Source: a candidate division WOR-3 bacterium
GTDB taxonomy: Bacteria; Hydrothermota; Tepidihabitantia; Tepidihabitantales; Tepidihabitantaceae
DNA: 64,000 bases
Direction: 5' to 3'
Assembly (NCBI GenBank): GCA_016867815.1
Contig: VGIR01000002.1
Coordinates: 912-64,911, forward strand
The notes beneath the pieces were generated by a model that was not told the origin of the DNA, did not search any database, and worked only from the letters and a program-made list of their open reading frames with translations. Below, in pieces: positions 9,590-17,987 of this stretch (positions are counted from its first letter, which is position 1; each line of letters opens with the position of its first letter). The translations under genes and the position numbers were made by a program.

Positions 9590-11320
9590 CTACCGGTCGG
9601 GCGAGGTCTTCCCGTCCTGGCCCAGGATCAAGAAGTCCACCCGGCGATTGATCCCGCGGCCGTCGGCCGTGGCGTTATCAGCGACCGGACGGGATTCGCC
9701 GTAGCCTTTTGCCGTCAAGCGACTCGGGTCCATTCCCAACTCATGGACGAGGTAGTCGACCACTGACTTGGCGCGCCTTCCGGAAAGCCCGAGGTTGTAC
9801 TCGTCCGACCCCTTGCTGTCGGTGTGGCCCTGTATCTCGACCCGGATGGTGGGATTCTGAATGAGAATCTTCGCGGCATCCTCGAGGGCAGGGCGCGATT
9901 CGGACTTGATGGCTGCCTGGTCGAAGTCGAAGTAGACGCCCTGCAGGGTGATGACCATCAGTTCACTCACGAGCTGGAAGTCCCGCGCCAGGGGCTTGTC
10001 CCGTTCGACCAGCACCGTCCCGAGCTGCTCCAGATAGTCGGGCGACTCGACGATCAGCGTGTAGAGGCCGGGCAGCAACTGCGCCTCGTAGATGCCGGTT
10101 GCCGCGTCCGTTGTGACCACGGCCGAATCGGCTTCCGGCACCCTGACCGTCGCGGCCAGCGACTTGCCGGTTTTCCGGTCGGTTACCCTGCCCGTGACCT
10201 TGACGACAGCGACTGCCCGTGGGAGCGCGATAGCCGCGACGGACGGCCTGCGACTCTCTACCATGAGCGGTATCGTTCGACTCTCGTAGCCCGGGGCACT
10301 GGCCTCGACGGTCACGGCGCCTGCCGGTACCTTCGTCGCCCTGAATCCGCCCGTGCTTGTGTCCGTCGCCATCCGGCCGAGTTTCGGATAGTCGGGAAAC
10401 GTGATGGTTGCGGCCATGGGCGCACCACTTGCGGCGTCCGCAACGGTGCCGACAATCTGCCCGTATTCGTCGGCATGCCCGCCAAGCGGTGTCCCGAAGC
10501 CGCCACCGACGACGATTTCGTTCGGGCGTCTGTTTCCATTCAGCCTGTTGTCGAGGCTCAATGTGTATCCCACCTTGAGGAACGCCGAGGTGGCCGTACC
10601 CAGGGTGATGCCCGGCGTCACCTGGACGTGACCGTTCTTCGTGTCCAGCACACCTTGCGACTTTCCGTCGGGTTGCCGGGAGAGAGCCTCCACGAAGAGA
10701 CAGAACTGGTCACCATGGAACTCGACGGCCGCGGCGTACTGCGTCTCGCTGCCAGCCCTGCCGCAGTTGACCATCACGTTCGGCACGGCCTTTGCGAGAT
10801 CCTGGAAGTGCAGAGTAAGCAGGCCGTTCCATGCCAGACCGGTTGCCGGTGGCAGGGCCGAGGGATCGAGCACCTCCCAGCCGGTTCCGGCCGCGCGCGA
10901 AATGAAGGTGTAGGACGCGCTGGCACCCAGCTTCAGCACGGGAATGACCGGAACCGAGAGTTTCCCACCTGCCTTCAGATCGTGTAGCCTCCACACCAGC
11001 TCATCTGAGGTTGCGGACATGGGCTTCTGGAGTATCCCGCCCCAGGAACCGAACAATTCGAGACCGAAGCGCTTCCCGGCGACGGGCGCGTAGCTAATTT
11101 CGGGGACGAGCAGGTCTGCTATCCAGCCGCGCCTGCCGTTCGTGCCCAGACCGACATTGCGGGTCAGCGAGTGGAGCGAGACGATCAGTCCTGCTTCCGG
11201 TTCGACCAACGCGCTCTGCGTACGGAACAGACCTCTGCCGCCTCCCAACCCCGGGTAGGCGAACAGGAGTGCGGGCAGCAGTGCCGTCACCAGGGCAGAC
11301 ATCTGTACTTTCACCCTCAT
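9590..11320 (-). CDS. OmpA-family outer membrane protein with CarbopepD_reg-like repeats; paralog of 708-2660
   Basis: The start is taken at the internal ATG (11320), which is preceded by AAGGAGAGG. The protein reads MRVKVQMSALVTALLPALLFAYPGLGGGRGLFRTQS..., and its C-terminus GVYFDFDQAAIKSESRPALE...IQGHTDSKGSDEYNLGLSGRRAKSV...NRRVDFLILG is an OmpA_C domain. Identity to the 708-2660 product is about 65-70% across the conserved blocks. Confidence 0.8.
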   Translation of the reverse strand: MRVKVQMSALVTALLPALLFAYPGLGGGRGLFRTQSALVEPEAGLIVSLHSLTRNVGLGTNGRRGWIADLLVPEISYAPVAGKRFGLELFGSWGGILQKPMSATSDELVWRLHDLKAGGKLSVPVIPVLKLGASASYTFISRAAGTGWEVLDPSALPPATGLAWNGLLTLHFQDLAKAVPNVMVNCGRAGSETQYAAAVEFHGDQFCLFVEALSRQPDGKSQGVLDTKNGHVQVTPGITLGTATSAFLKVGYTLSLDNRLNGNRRPNEIVVGGGFGTPLGGHADEYGQIVGTVADAASGAPMAATITFPDYPKLGRMATDTSTGGFRATKVPAGAVTVEASAPGYESRTIPLMVESRRPSVAAIALPRAVAVVKVTGRVTDRKTGKSLAATVRVPEADSAVVTTDAATGIYEAQLLPGLYTLIVESPDYLEQLGTVLVERDKPLARDFQLVSELMVITLQGVYFDFDQAAIKSESRPALEDAAKILIQNPTIRVEIQGHTDSKGSDEYNLGLSGRRAKSVVDYLVHELGMDPSRLTAKGYGESRPVADNATADGRGINRRVDFLILGQDGKTSPDR

Positions 11321-11494
11321 GTCCTCTCCTTGTGCGACTGCGGATTGCCGCCGATTCATGGCCGTGCAGGTCCGCTTGACTGGGTAGCCAGTCCGCCCGG
11401 GAATAGCGAAGCAGCCGCAGAGATGCGGCTGCTTCGACTGTCAGGAACCGTTATGCCTGGCTTCTCAGGCTCAATGGGACCTGGGTCCCGCTTT

Positions 11495-12109
11495 CTACTC
11501 GCCGAACCGGCTCAGGTCGTCGAAGAAATTGCCAAACTCGACCTGGAGGCTGCCAACGGCTCTCACGTCGCGGTTGGCCACGGAATCGAAGCCGGTGAAG
11601 GTGAACGTGGCGTCCGCGAGGTCGACGATGTCGTAGTCAGGTGGCTCAAGAAAGAAGTCGGCGAAGGTCAACTGCTTCCAGACAGCCGGTATGCAGGTCA
11701 TGTAGAACGTGGTCTGCGACTTTCCGGTGGCGTCGGCCATGACCGCCTGCCCCAGCGGAACCGTTACCTTCGTGTATATGGGGGGGTCATCGCCGCCGGG
11801 AGTATTGCTTCTGAAGCTGATGCTCGCCTTGTTGATGGTTGCCTGGTACGGGGTCCAGGTCGGCAGTCCGGCGCCGATCTCGACGTACTGCAGCACGACT
11901 TCGACCGAATCAGGCATATACTGGTAGAGAGTGACATAGTCGCTGTCGATCTTGTCGAAGTACTGCAGGAAATCTGAGATGTCGACCCGTAATGAATTGC
12001 CGCCATTGATCGAGACAACGCGAAGCACGCTGGCTCGCTCGCAGCCGGCCGTCAGGAGCAGGCCAGCTATGGCGACCACGGTCAAGAGGCCAAGCAGAGA
12101 ACGACGCAT
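11495..12109 (-). CDS. Lipoprotein of unknown function
   Basis: The start is the internal ATG at 12109, preceded by GGAGGAA. A lipobox is present (MRRSLLGLLTVVAIAGLLLTAGC). The mature protein is about 180 aa with no recognisable domain. Confidence 0.5.
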   Translation of the reverse strand: MRRSLLGLLTVVAIAGLLLTAGCERASVLRVVSINGGNSLRVDISDFLQYFDKIDSDYVTLYQYMPDSVEVVLQYVEIGAGLPTWTPYQATINKASISFRSNTPGGDDPPIYTKVTVPLGQAVMADATGKSQTTFYMTCIPAVWKQLTFADFFLEPPDYDIVDLADATFTFTGFDSVANRDVRAVGSLQVEFGNFFDDLSRFGE

Positions 12110-12541
12110 ACGGTTCCTCCTTAGTATAAAGCCGTCGCAGAATTTTACCCCGCAGGGGAGCAGTGTCAAGCGGATTCGGAGCTTACGACTGCTGCCTCCC
12201 GCCCGGCAATGTCTCCGGGCCGGTGGCGGCACGGCCGTATCCGTCTGATCTGTCCGCTGCCTGGAACGACCGGGCAAAGGGCGAGCCCGGATCGCACGAC
12301 TGCTGCCTGCATCCGGATCAGAGGAGCAATCGCCAGCTGGCGCAGGCGCAGGCCCCTTGCCCCGGTCCGGTCATGGGAGTGCCGGTTCGCATGTGTTGAC
12401 TGCCTGGGCCGGTGTGATATTTTCACACGACCCGGTGGTTGCCAATGGCGAGACCCGGTTGGACACAGCGCCTGGTGCGCGAACCGCTCCGGATGCGACG
12501 CGTTCACGGACTGAGAGAGATAGTGGAACCAAGGAGGAAGA

Positions 12542-14005
12542 ATGCGAAAGACAGTACTGGCTCTGATGCTCGTGGCGGCGACGGCCGGAGTCGCGCGTGC
12601 GGCCCGACCGACAACGGCGACGAACTCTACGTCTGACCCGGTCCGGACCGGGCGGGTCACCGGGCACATCGCCGTACTCTACGACCGGGCGGGCAAGCTG
12701 GTGGGTGGTAACAGCGACGCCGTGAGCGGCGACTCGCTCTACTGGAAGAGCTACAACAGCACGACCTACCTTAAATCGTCGGCCAAGGACCATGACCCGG
12801 CTCCTGCCGATAGGACGGCGATGGCGTTCCAGGACAATCAGACTGTCGTATGCATGGACCCGAGCGGTGACTATGTCTACGAGGTCCTCGGCAGCACTAT
12901 GCGGCGGTTCAGTACGACTGACGGTTCGGACACGAGCTTCACGCTTGCGTACCCCGGCAATGGCGCGTGCGGCACCGACGGCCAGTACGTCTACGTTCCC
13001 AGAATCGATTCCATCTACAAATACACTACAACCGGAACGTATGTCAACACGACGAAGATCAACTTCTCCACCAACCAGTACGCGTTCGCGGTGACTAATG
13101 ACACGCTCTGGGCGGGCGACTTCTCGGGCGTCACGTACTACGGGTACGCCTGCGCCAGGTTCGAGGGCGAGTCGCTCAACTATGACGCCACCTGGAACGT
13201 GGGTGGCGGTACCGGTGGCGCGGGGATGAACATAGCGTTTGACGGCACGTACTACTACTGGGCGATGGGCGGCTACCAATCGAACACCTTCAAGCGGTTC
13301 TACTCCGACCGGACGTTGTACACGGAGGGGATGGTTTCCACCGACTGCCGGGGCGTGATGTGCAAGGTCGTCGGGTCTCCGCGAGCGGACGTGGCCTGCG
13401 TCGAGCTCCTCGCGCCGGCCGACACGGTCGACTCGGGCGCGACGATTACACCCCAGGCCGTGATCCGAAACGTCGGCACGACCGACGAGTCCTTTGACGC
13501 GTGGTTCAGCATCGGTTCAGACTACGCGGATACGGTTTCCCTGAGGCTGGCGGCGGGTGCGAGCGACACGGTTGAATTCGCCGGCTGGGAGGCGCTCGAC
13601 CTCGGTACGTTGGCGGTGACTTGTTCTACGATGCTATCGGGCGACGTCGATTCGATGAACGATGCGGTTCACGACTCGGTCGAGGTCGTGCCGTTCACCG
13701 GGATTCGCGGGCGTTTTGACACACACGGCTTGTCTTTGCTCGACGAGGTACTTCCGAACCCGACCAGCGGCCGCGTCGCGGTAAGCTACAGGCTTCCGAA
13801 CCCGACCGAAGTCAGGCTGTCGGTGTACTCGTCGGCTGGCGTCCCGGTGTGGGTCCTGCAGCGCGGGGTGCAGGACGCAGGTCCCCACCAGGTATCATGG
13901 GACGGTCGGGACGAGCAGGGTCGCCGCGTAGCAGCGGGCGTGTACCTCCTGCGGCTCGAGGCCGGCAGGCTTGGCGCTACGCGCAAGCTGGTCGTGCATA
14001 GGTAG
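12542..14005 (+). CDS. Secreted protein with a C-terminal T9SS-type (Por secretion / FlgD-Ig-like) sorting domain
   Basis: 487 aa with a GGAGGAAG RBS and signal peptide MRKTVLALMLVAATAGVARA. The C-terminus reads LPNPTSGRVAVSYRLPNPTEVRLSVYSSAGVPVWVL...HQVSWDGRDEQGRRVAAGVYLLRLEAG..., which is the T9SS C-terminal-domain pattern. Confidence 0.7.
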   Translation: MRKTVLALMLVAATAGVARAARPTTATNSTSDPVRTGRVTGHIAVLYDRAGKLVGGNSDAVSGDSLYWKSYNSTTYLKSSAKDHDPAPADRTAMAFQDNQTVVCMDPSGDYVYEVLGSTMRRFSTTDGSDTSFTLAYPGNGACGTDGQYVYVPRIDSIYKYTTTGTYVNTTKINFSTNQYAFAVTNDTLWAGDFSGVTYYGYACARFEGESLNYDATWNVGGGTGGAGMNIAFDGTYYYWAMGGYQSNTFKRFYSDRTLYTEGMVSTDCRGVMCKVVGSPRADVACVELLAPADTVDSGATITPQAVIRNVGTTDESFDAWFSIGSDYADTVSLRLAAGASDTVEFAGWEALDLGTLAVTCSTMLSGDVDSMNDAVHDSVEVVPFTGIRGRFDTHGLSLLDEVLPNPTSGRVAVSYRLPNPTEVRLSVYSSAGVPVWVLQRGVQDAGPHQVSWDGRDEQGRRVAAGVYLLRLEAGRLGATRKLVVHR

Positions 14006-14080
14006 CAGATCGGCTGCGCAATGGAATGAGCAGGGGCAGGCGAGTGCCTGCCCTTGCGATTCAGCGCCGGCGCGACGGAC

Positions 14081-14503
14081 TCAGGTCTGGACTACTCGGA
14101 CGGTGTAGCCGATCGGGCAGGCCTTCTTGAGCATCGCCGAGACCGAGCAGTACTTCTCCTGCGAAAGCTCGACCGCGCGCTTGACTTTCTCCTCTTCGAG
14201 GGCTTTGCCCGTCACCACATACTCGATGTCGATTCGGGTGTAGACCTTCGGGTGTTCCTCTGAACGCTCCGCCGACACATTGAGTTCGAACGCGGTCACA
14301 TCCTGCCGCATCTTCCTGAGCAGCGGGACGACGTCCATGCCGGTACAGCCGCCAAGCGCGAGGAGCAGCAGTTCCAGCGGCTTGGTGGCAGAACTGTCGC
14401 CGTCGAACTCGGGCGCGGTATCCATCGGGACGAGGTGATTGGTCCCGGCCTTGCCGATGAACGTCATCCGGCCGGCCCAGCGGACGCTGGCTGCATGCTT
14501 CAT
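14081..14503 (-). CDS. OsmC/Ohr family peroxiredoxin-like protein
   Basis: 140 aa containing LELLLLALGGCTGMDVV...EKYCSVSAML, the OsmC-family two-Cys signature. Confidence 0.85.
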   Translation of the reverse strand: MKHAASVRWAGRMTFIGKAGTNHLVPMDTAPEFDGDSSATKPLELLLLALGGCTGMDVVPLLRKMRQDVTAFELNVSAERSEEHPKVYTRIDIEYVVTGKALEEEKVKRAVELSQEKYCSVSAMLKKACPIGYTVRVVQT

Positions 14504-14512
14504 TTGTCCCTC

Positions 14513-15241
14513 CTAGAACTTGCGGAGCAGGTTGAAACCGACACGGAAGTGGCCCCTGAGCAGGTCGAGTACGTCGGAGTTGGCGGTTGGTTCACCGAAG
14601 CTACGGAACATCGCCGGGGCTGACTGTTCGCGCGGAGTCCCGAGCGTGATGATGAAGTTGTGCCAGCCGATCTCTTTCTCAATGGCCAGGCTGGCAGCCA
14701 ATTGCCGCGTCGTTGAGTCCCGGCCCACGAGCACCGGCTCGGCCTCAAGCGAAAGCGACCAAGTGTTGATTACCTGTACCTTGGCGCCGAGTCCGAGCGA
14801 GACGAAGTGCTTGCTAGTGTTGGTCGTGTAGCGCGGCTGGGCCACTACCGCAAGCTTCTCGCCGAACGTACGATGGCAACAGAGCCCGATGTTGAACCAC
14901 GTGCTGTCGAGCTTGAAGCCGTAGAGGTGGGTGTTGATTTCCGGGTAGAGCGTGAGCCAGTCAACCGGGGCGTACGCTCCGCGCAGGCCGAGTTCCCGGC
15001 TGGAGATGGCGTCGGCGATGCCCACCAGCCACCGGTCCCCGAACGACTTGTCGAGAGTCACGCGGACGTTGGCGCCGGTGAATGCCCGCAATGGTTCGCG
15101 GGTCCACTCCGGTGCGGTCACTGCCCAGAGGAACCGGTGCGAGACGCAAACCTGCCAGACGTGCGATTCGGGCCGGACGCCGGTCGGCAGGTTGGCGATG
15201 CGCTGGCCGGGAAAGGCAAGAAACAGAAGAAGTAGAGTCAC
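14513..15241 (-). CDS. Putative outer membrane beta-barrel protein of unknown function
   Basis: 242 aa with a hydrophobic N-terminus. It shows alternating amphipathic beta-strand character and a C-terminal ...GFNLLRKF ending in an aromatic residue, typical of outer membrane proteins. Confidence 0.45.
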   Translation of the reverse strand: MTLLLLFLAFPGQRIANLPTGVRPESHVWQVCVSHRFLWAVTAPEWTREPLRAFTGANVRVTLDKSFGDRWLVGIADAISSRELGLRGAYAPVDWLTLYPEINTHLYGFKLDSTWFNIGLCCHRTFGEKLAVVAQPRYTTNTSKHFVSLGLGAKVQVINTWSLSLEAEPVLVGRDSTTRQLAASLAIEKEIGWHNFIITLGTPREQSAPAMFRSFGEPTANSDVLDLLRGHFRVGFNLLRKF

Positions 15242-15265
15242 GAAGCACCCCTTTCGCGCCGCATC

Positions 15266-16111
15266 TCAGCGGACAAACTGAATCCTGGCAACCGAACTGA
15301 TCTCTTCGCCAAAGCGGACAAAGTACGCCGCGGGCGGTACCAGCCGGCCAGCTGCATCGCGGCCGTTCCAAACGACGCGCACTAGCTCGCCGTCCGGCTG
15401 CGAAATCAGAGTCCTCACGAGCCGGCCCGAGCCTGCGTAGATTCGCACCGGTGAACCGGCCGGGCCCCAGTAGCTGATGACTACCCGATTGCGGGCCGGG
15501 CTTGCGTAGCGCCAGAAGTGGCGGCCCGGGGTCGAGCCCGGTTCGGCAACGCCGGTTTCGGAGACAACCAGGCTGTCACGGCAGATGCGGTCACCGGAGT
15601 TTCCGTTGTCGTTGTTGGCGGCGTTCGCGCACCAATAGAAGCGCACGGCGCCGGCGCCGGCAGCCGGCGCGCGCCAGCCGAAGGTCCAGGTTGTTGGTCC
15701 CGGCGTGCCGGGATGCGTGCCGCTGCTCCTGTGCTTCAAGTATCCCGGCGGCGACGAACTGTACTGGGTATTGGTCGAATCGGTGACGGTGAGCTGGCCG
15801 GCGCTGTTGTTCGCCTGGTCGACGATGGTCAGCTCGAACCCCCAGCGTGACTGGCCCGCGTAGCGAACCGATAGAGTCAGCGAGTAGAGCGAGTCAGGCT
15901 GGTACCAGTTGCCGACGAGACCCGCCAGCTCGGTCGAGTCGGCCGAACCGACGCCGGCATGGCAATCGTTGCACGTGCCCTCGCCCGGACGCCCGGTCTT
16001 GCCGTCCGGGGGCCCGCCCGAGTACGCCATCGCCAGCGCACACCACGAGCAGAGCGCAACCAGTATTCGCGTTTGCCAATCTGCAATCTGCAATCTGAAG
16101 TCTGAAACCAC
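15266..16111 (-). CDS. Secreted single-heme (CXXCH) protein with a T9SS-type C-terminal sorting domain
   Basis: 281 aa with a signal peptide (...RILVALCSWCALAMA) and a CNDCH heme-c binding motif. The C-terminus reads ...RVVISYWGPAGSPVRIYAGSGRLVRTL...VWNGRDAAGRLVPPAAYFVRF, a T9SS CTD pattern. Confidence 0.6.
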   Translation of the reverse strand: MVSDFRLQIADWQTRILVALCSWCALAMAYSGGPPDGKTGRPGEGTCNDCHAGVGSADSTELAGLVGNWYQPDSLYSLTLSVRYAGQSRWGFELTIVDQANNSAGQLTVTDSTNTQYSSSPPGYLKHRSSGTHPGTPGPTTWTFGWRAPAAGAGAVRFYWCANAANNDNGNSGDRICRDSLVVSETGVAEPGSTPGRHFWRYASPARNRVVISYWGPAGSPVRIYAGSGRLVRTLISQPDGELVRVVWNGRDAAGRLVPPAAYFVRFGEEISSVARIQFVR

Positions 16112-16483
16112 CTAGTTGTCCTTCGCGCCCTGGTTTATCCAGTTGCGGATGGTCGCGGTCTTGGTCGTGTCGAGCGGCGCGCCGCCAAGCGGCATCTGGG
16201 GAGTCTCAACGCCCATGATCTTGCGGTAGAGCTTGCTCGAGTCGGCTGAGTCAGGGGTCACGTTCGAAATCGTATCCGAGCCGGTGCCGGTGGCGCCGGC
16301 ATAGCTCGTCAGCGAGTAGCCGCCGGACGGACTAGAGTTACCGTGACAGGTGATGCAGTTGGCGCTGAAGATGGGCTGGACGTCGGTTGCGTACGACGGG
16401 TCAACCGGCACGTCGGACGGAGCGGCGTCGCAACCAAGAACAACCAGTACCAGCAGGATCGGGACCAGTACGAGGAGCTTCAC
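16112..16483 (-). CDS. Small c-type cytochrome lipoprotein, PSCyt1-like domain (planctomycete-type cytochrome c)
   Basis: 123 aa with lipobox LVVLGCD and a CITCHG heme motif. It has the conserved DSSKLY...MP...WI.QGAKD C-terminal pattern of the PSCyt1 domain. Confidence 0.65.
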   Translation of the reverse strand: MKLLVLVPILLVLVVLGCDAAPSDVPVDPSYATDVQPIFSANCITCHGNSSPSGGYSLTSYAGATGTGSDTISNVTPDSADSSKLYRKIMGVETPQMPLGGAPLDTTKTATIRNWINQGAKDN

Positions 16484-16596
16484 AGGTATTTCCTTTCGGT
16501 GCTTGCCGGACAGGAGATTATTGAGCAGCGGCCGCGGGAGTCAAGCAAGAGCGGGCCGGCGTTGCGCCGGCCCGCCCGATGACCGTAGAGAAGGGG

Positions 16597-16986
16597 CTAC
16601 TTGTCCTTGGCGCCTTCGCTGATCCACTTGTGGAAGGTGGCGAGCCTGGCCGAGTCGAGCTTGCCCGCGGGCGGCATCTTGCCGCTCGCCAGCACCTGGT
16701 ACAGCTTGCTGGAGTCGGGCTTGCCGGGGACGACCGGCTTGGCCAGCCCCTCGGGAGTGGTCAGGTCGTACTTGGCGGCGTTGCCGCCGGCCGCGTGGCA
16801 AGGCAGGCAGCTTGCCGTGATGATGGACTGGACCTCATGCGCAAGGACCGGGGCCGGCGCGGTTGTGTCCGCAACCGGAGCCTGTTCGGCCTTGGGGGCG
16901 GCCGGCGCCGCCGGCTGACTGCCGCAGCTGACGAGTAGCAGGACGATGGAAAACATGATCAGTATTCTCACGGTGGTTCCTTTCAT
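16597..16986 (-). CDS. Small c-type cytochrome lipoprotein, PSCyt1-like; paralog of 16112-16483
   Basis: The start is taken at the internal ATG (16986), giving MKGTTVRILIMFSIVLLLVSCGS. It carries a CLPCHAAGG heme motif and the DSSKLY...MPP...WISEGAKDK pattern. The longer ORF would overlap the upstream gene, so the shorter start is preferred. Confidence 0.6.
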   Translation of the reverse strand: MKGTTVRILIMFSIVLLLVSCGSQPAAPAAPKAEQAPVADTTAPAPVLAHEVQSIITASCLPCHAAGGNAAKYDLTTPEGLAKPVVPGKPDSSKLYQVLASGKMPPAGKLDSARLATFHKWISEGAKDK

Positions 16987-17045
16987 TGGCCCTGAGTGGT
17001 CAATCATCAGCCGTGCGAGCCGCCTGTCAAGCGACGGAAGTGCCG

Positions 17046-17966
17046 CTAGCCGTTGAATGCCGGCAGGAGTTTCTGGATGTCGCGGATGGCTTCCTGTTCC
17101 CATGCCTTTGCCTCTAGGACGACGCGAACCTTCTCGCCCGGTTCCATCTCCTTGTTGCTGACCGCCTCAAGCCGGGTTGCGATTCCCTTGTACGTGGAAC
17201 CAAGCTTGCGGGCCTGTGGCGAGACTCGGGCATACTTGTCGGCAATCTCGTCGAACCAGGCAGCGGCCATGGCCCGGCACTCGGACCAGACCATGGCATT
17301 CCACCAACTTCCGTGGCTGGCTCCATGCCCTGCTTCTACGGCCTTGACCCAGTTGTCATAGGCGGCCAGTCCGGTTGAGTACAGCTCTGGGCTGTGGTTT
17401 CTGGGATTCTCGAAGAGGTCCAAAGCGTAGCGCAGGCTGTCGCGGACGACCTTGGATTCGTCCGCGGCCGGTGCTTTCTTGAACGCCCAGAACGTGGCGT
17501 GGACTTCTTTGCCGAATTCCTTCCAGGAACCGTATGTCAGGCTCGGCGGCGTCGTGTCGACGCACGCGGACCAAGGCTGCAGTGCGAGCATCCGGTTGTC
17601 GTCATAGCCGTAGACCAGCTGGTTATCCATGTTGCCCATCCCGCACGGCTGTCCCTGGTCAATGTGCTCTCGCACTTTCCGCTCTATGGCCGCGCGCTCT
17701 TCAGGCGTGCTGCCACTGTGGCAGAACCCGAGTTCGATCATCTCCAGCCCCAGGTTGCGCACAAGCGGATAGAACTCGTCGTACTTCCAGCAGTACGGCC
17801 CGCTCGGGCAGAGCTGTTCGTGGATGTTCATCAGGAAGGCGTGTCCGGAGCCGCCGAAGGTCGCGGCGGCGCTCAGGTCGCCGCCGCAGTAGTCGAGCGC
17901 GCCTTTGACGACTCCTACCAGGCAGGCATTGAACGGCGGCTGGCGGAGACGCTCGAGTTTCTTCAT
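17046..17966 (-). CDS. Hypothetical protein with no recognised domain
   Basis: 306 aa ORF on the same strand as its neighbours and tightly spaced with the ALDH gene. Its composition is protein-like. Confidence 0.55.
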   Translation of the reverse strand: MKKLERLRQPPFNACLVGVVKGALDYCGGDLSAAATFGGSGHAFLMNIHEQLCPSGPYCWKYDEFYPLVRNLGLEMIELGFCHSGSTPEERAAIERKVREHIDQGQPCGMGNMDNQLVYGYDDNRMLALQPWSACVDTTPPSLTYGSWKEFGKEVHATFWAFKKAPAADESKVVRDSLRYALDLFENPRNHSPELYSTGLAAYDNWVKAVEAGHGASHGSWWNAMVWSECRAMAAAWFDEIADKYARVSPQARKLGSTYKGIATRLEAVSNKEMEPGEKVRVVLEAKAWEQEAIRDIQKLLPAFNG

Positions 17967-17987
17967 TCTACTCTCCTCGACTGATGT

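Noticed and set aside
11171-11977. 268-aa plus-strand ORF
   Set aside because: It overlaps the minus-strand lipoprotein gene, which has a strong RBS and a lipobox. The plus-strand ORF has no start context, and its composition is Gly/Arg/Val-rich.
12371-13279. 302-aa minus-strand ORF
   Set aside because: It is antisense to the T9SS-CTD secreted protein gene, which has an RBS, a signal peptide and a recognisable C-terminal domain. The minus-strand product is Arg/Val-rich low complexity.
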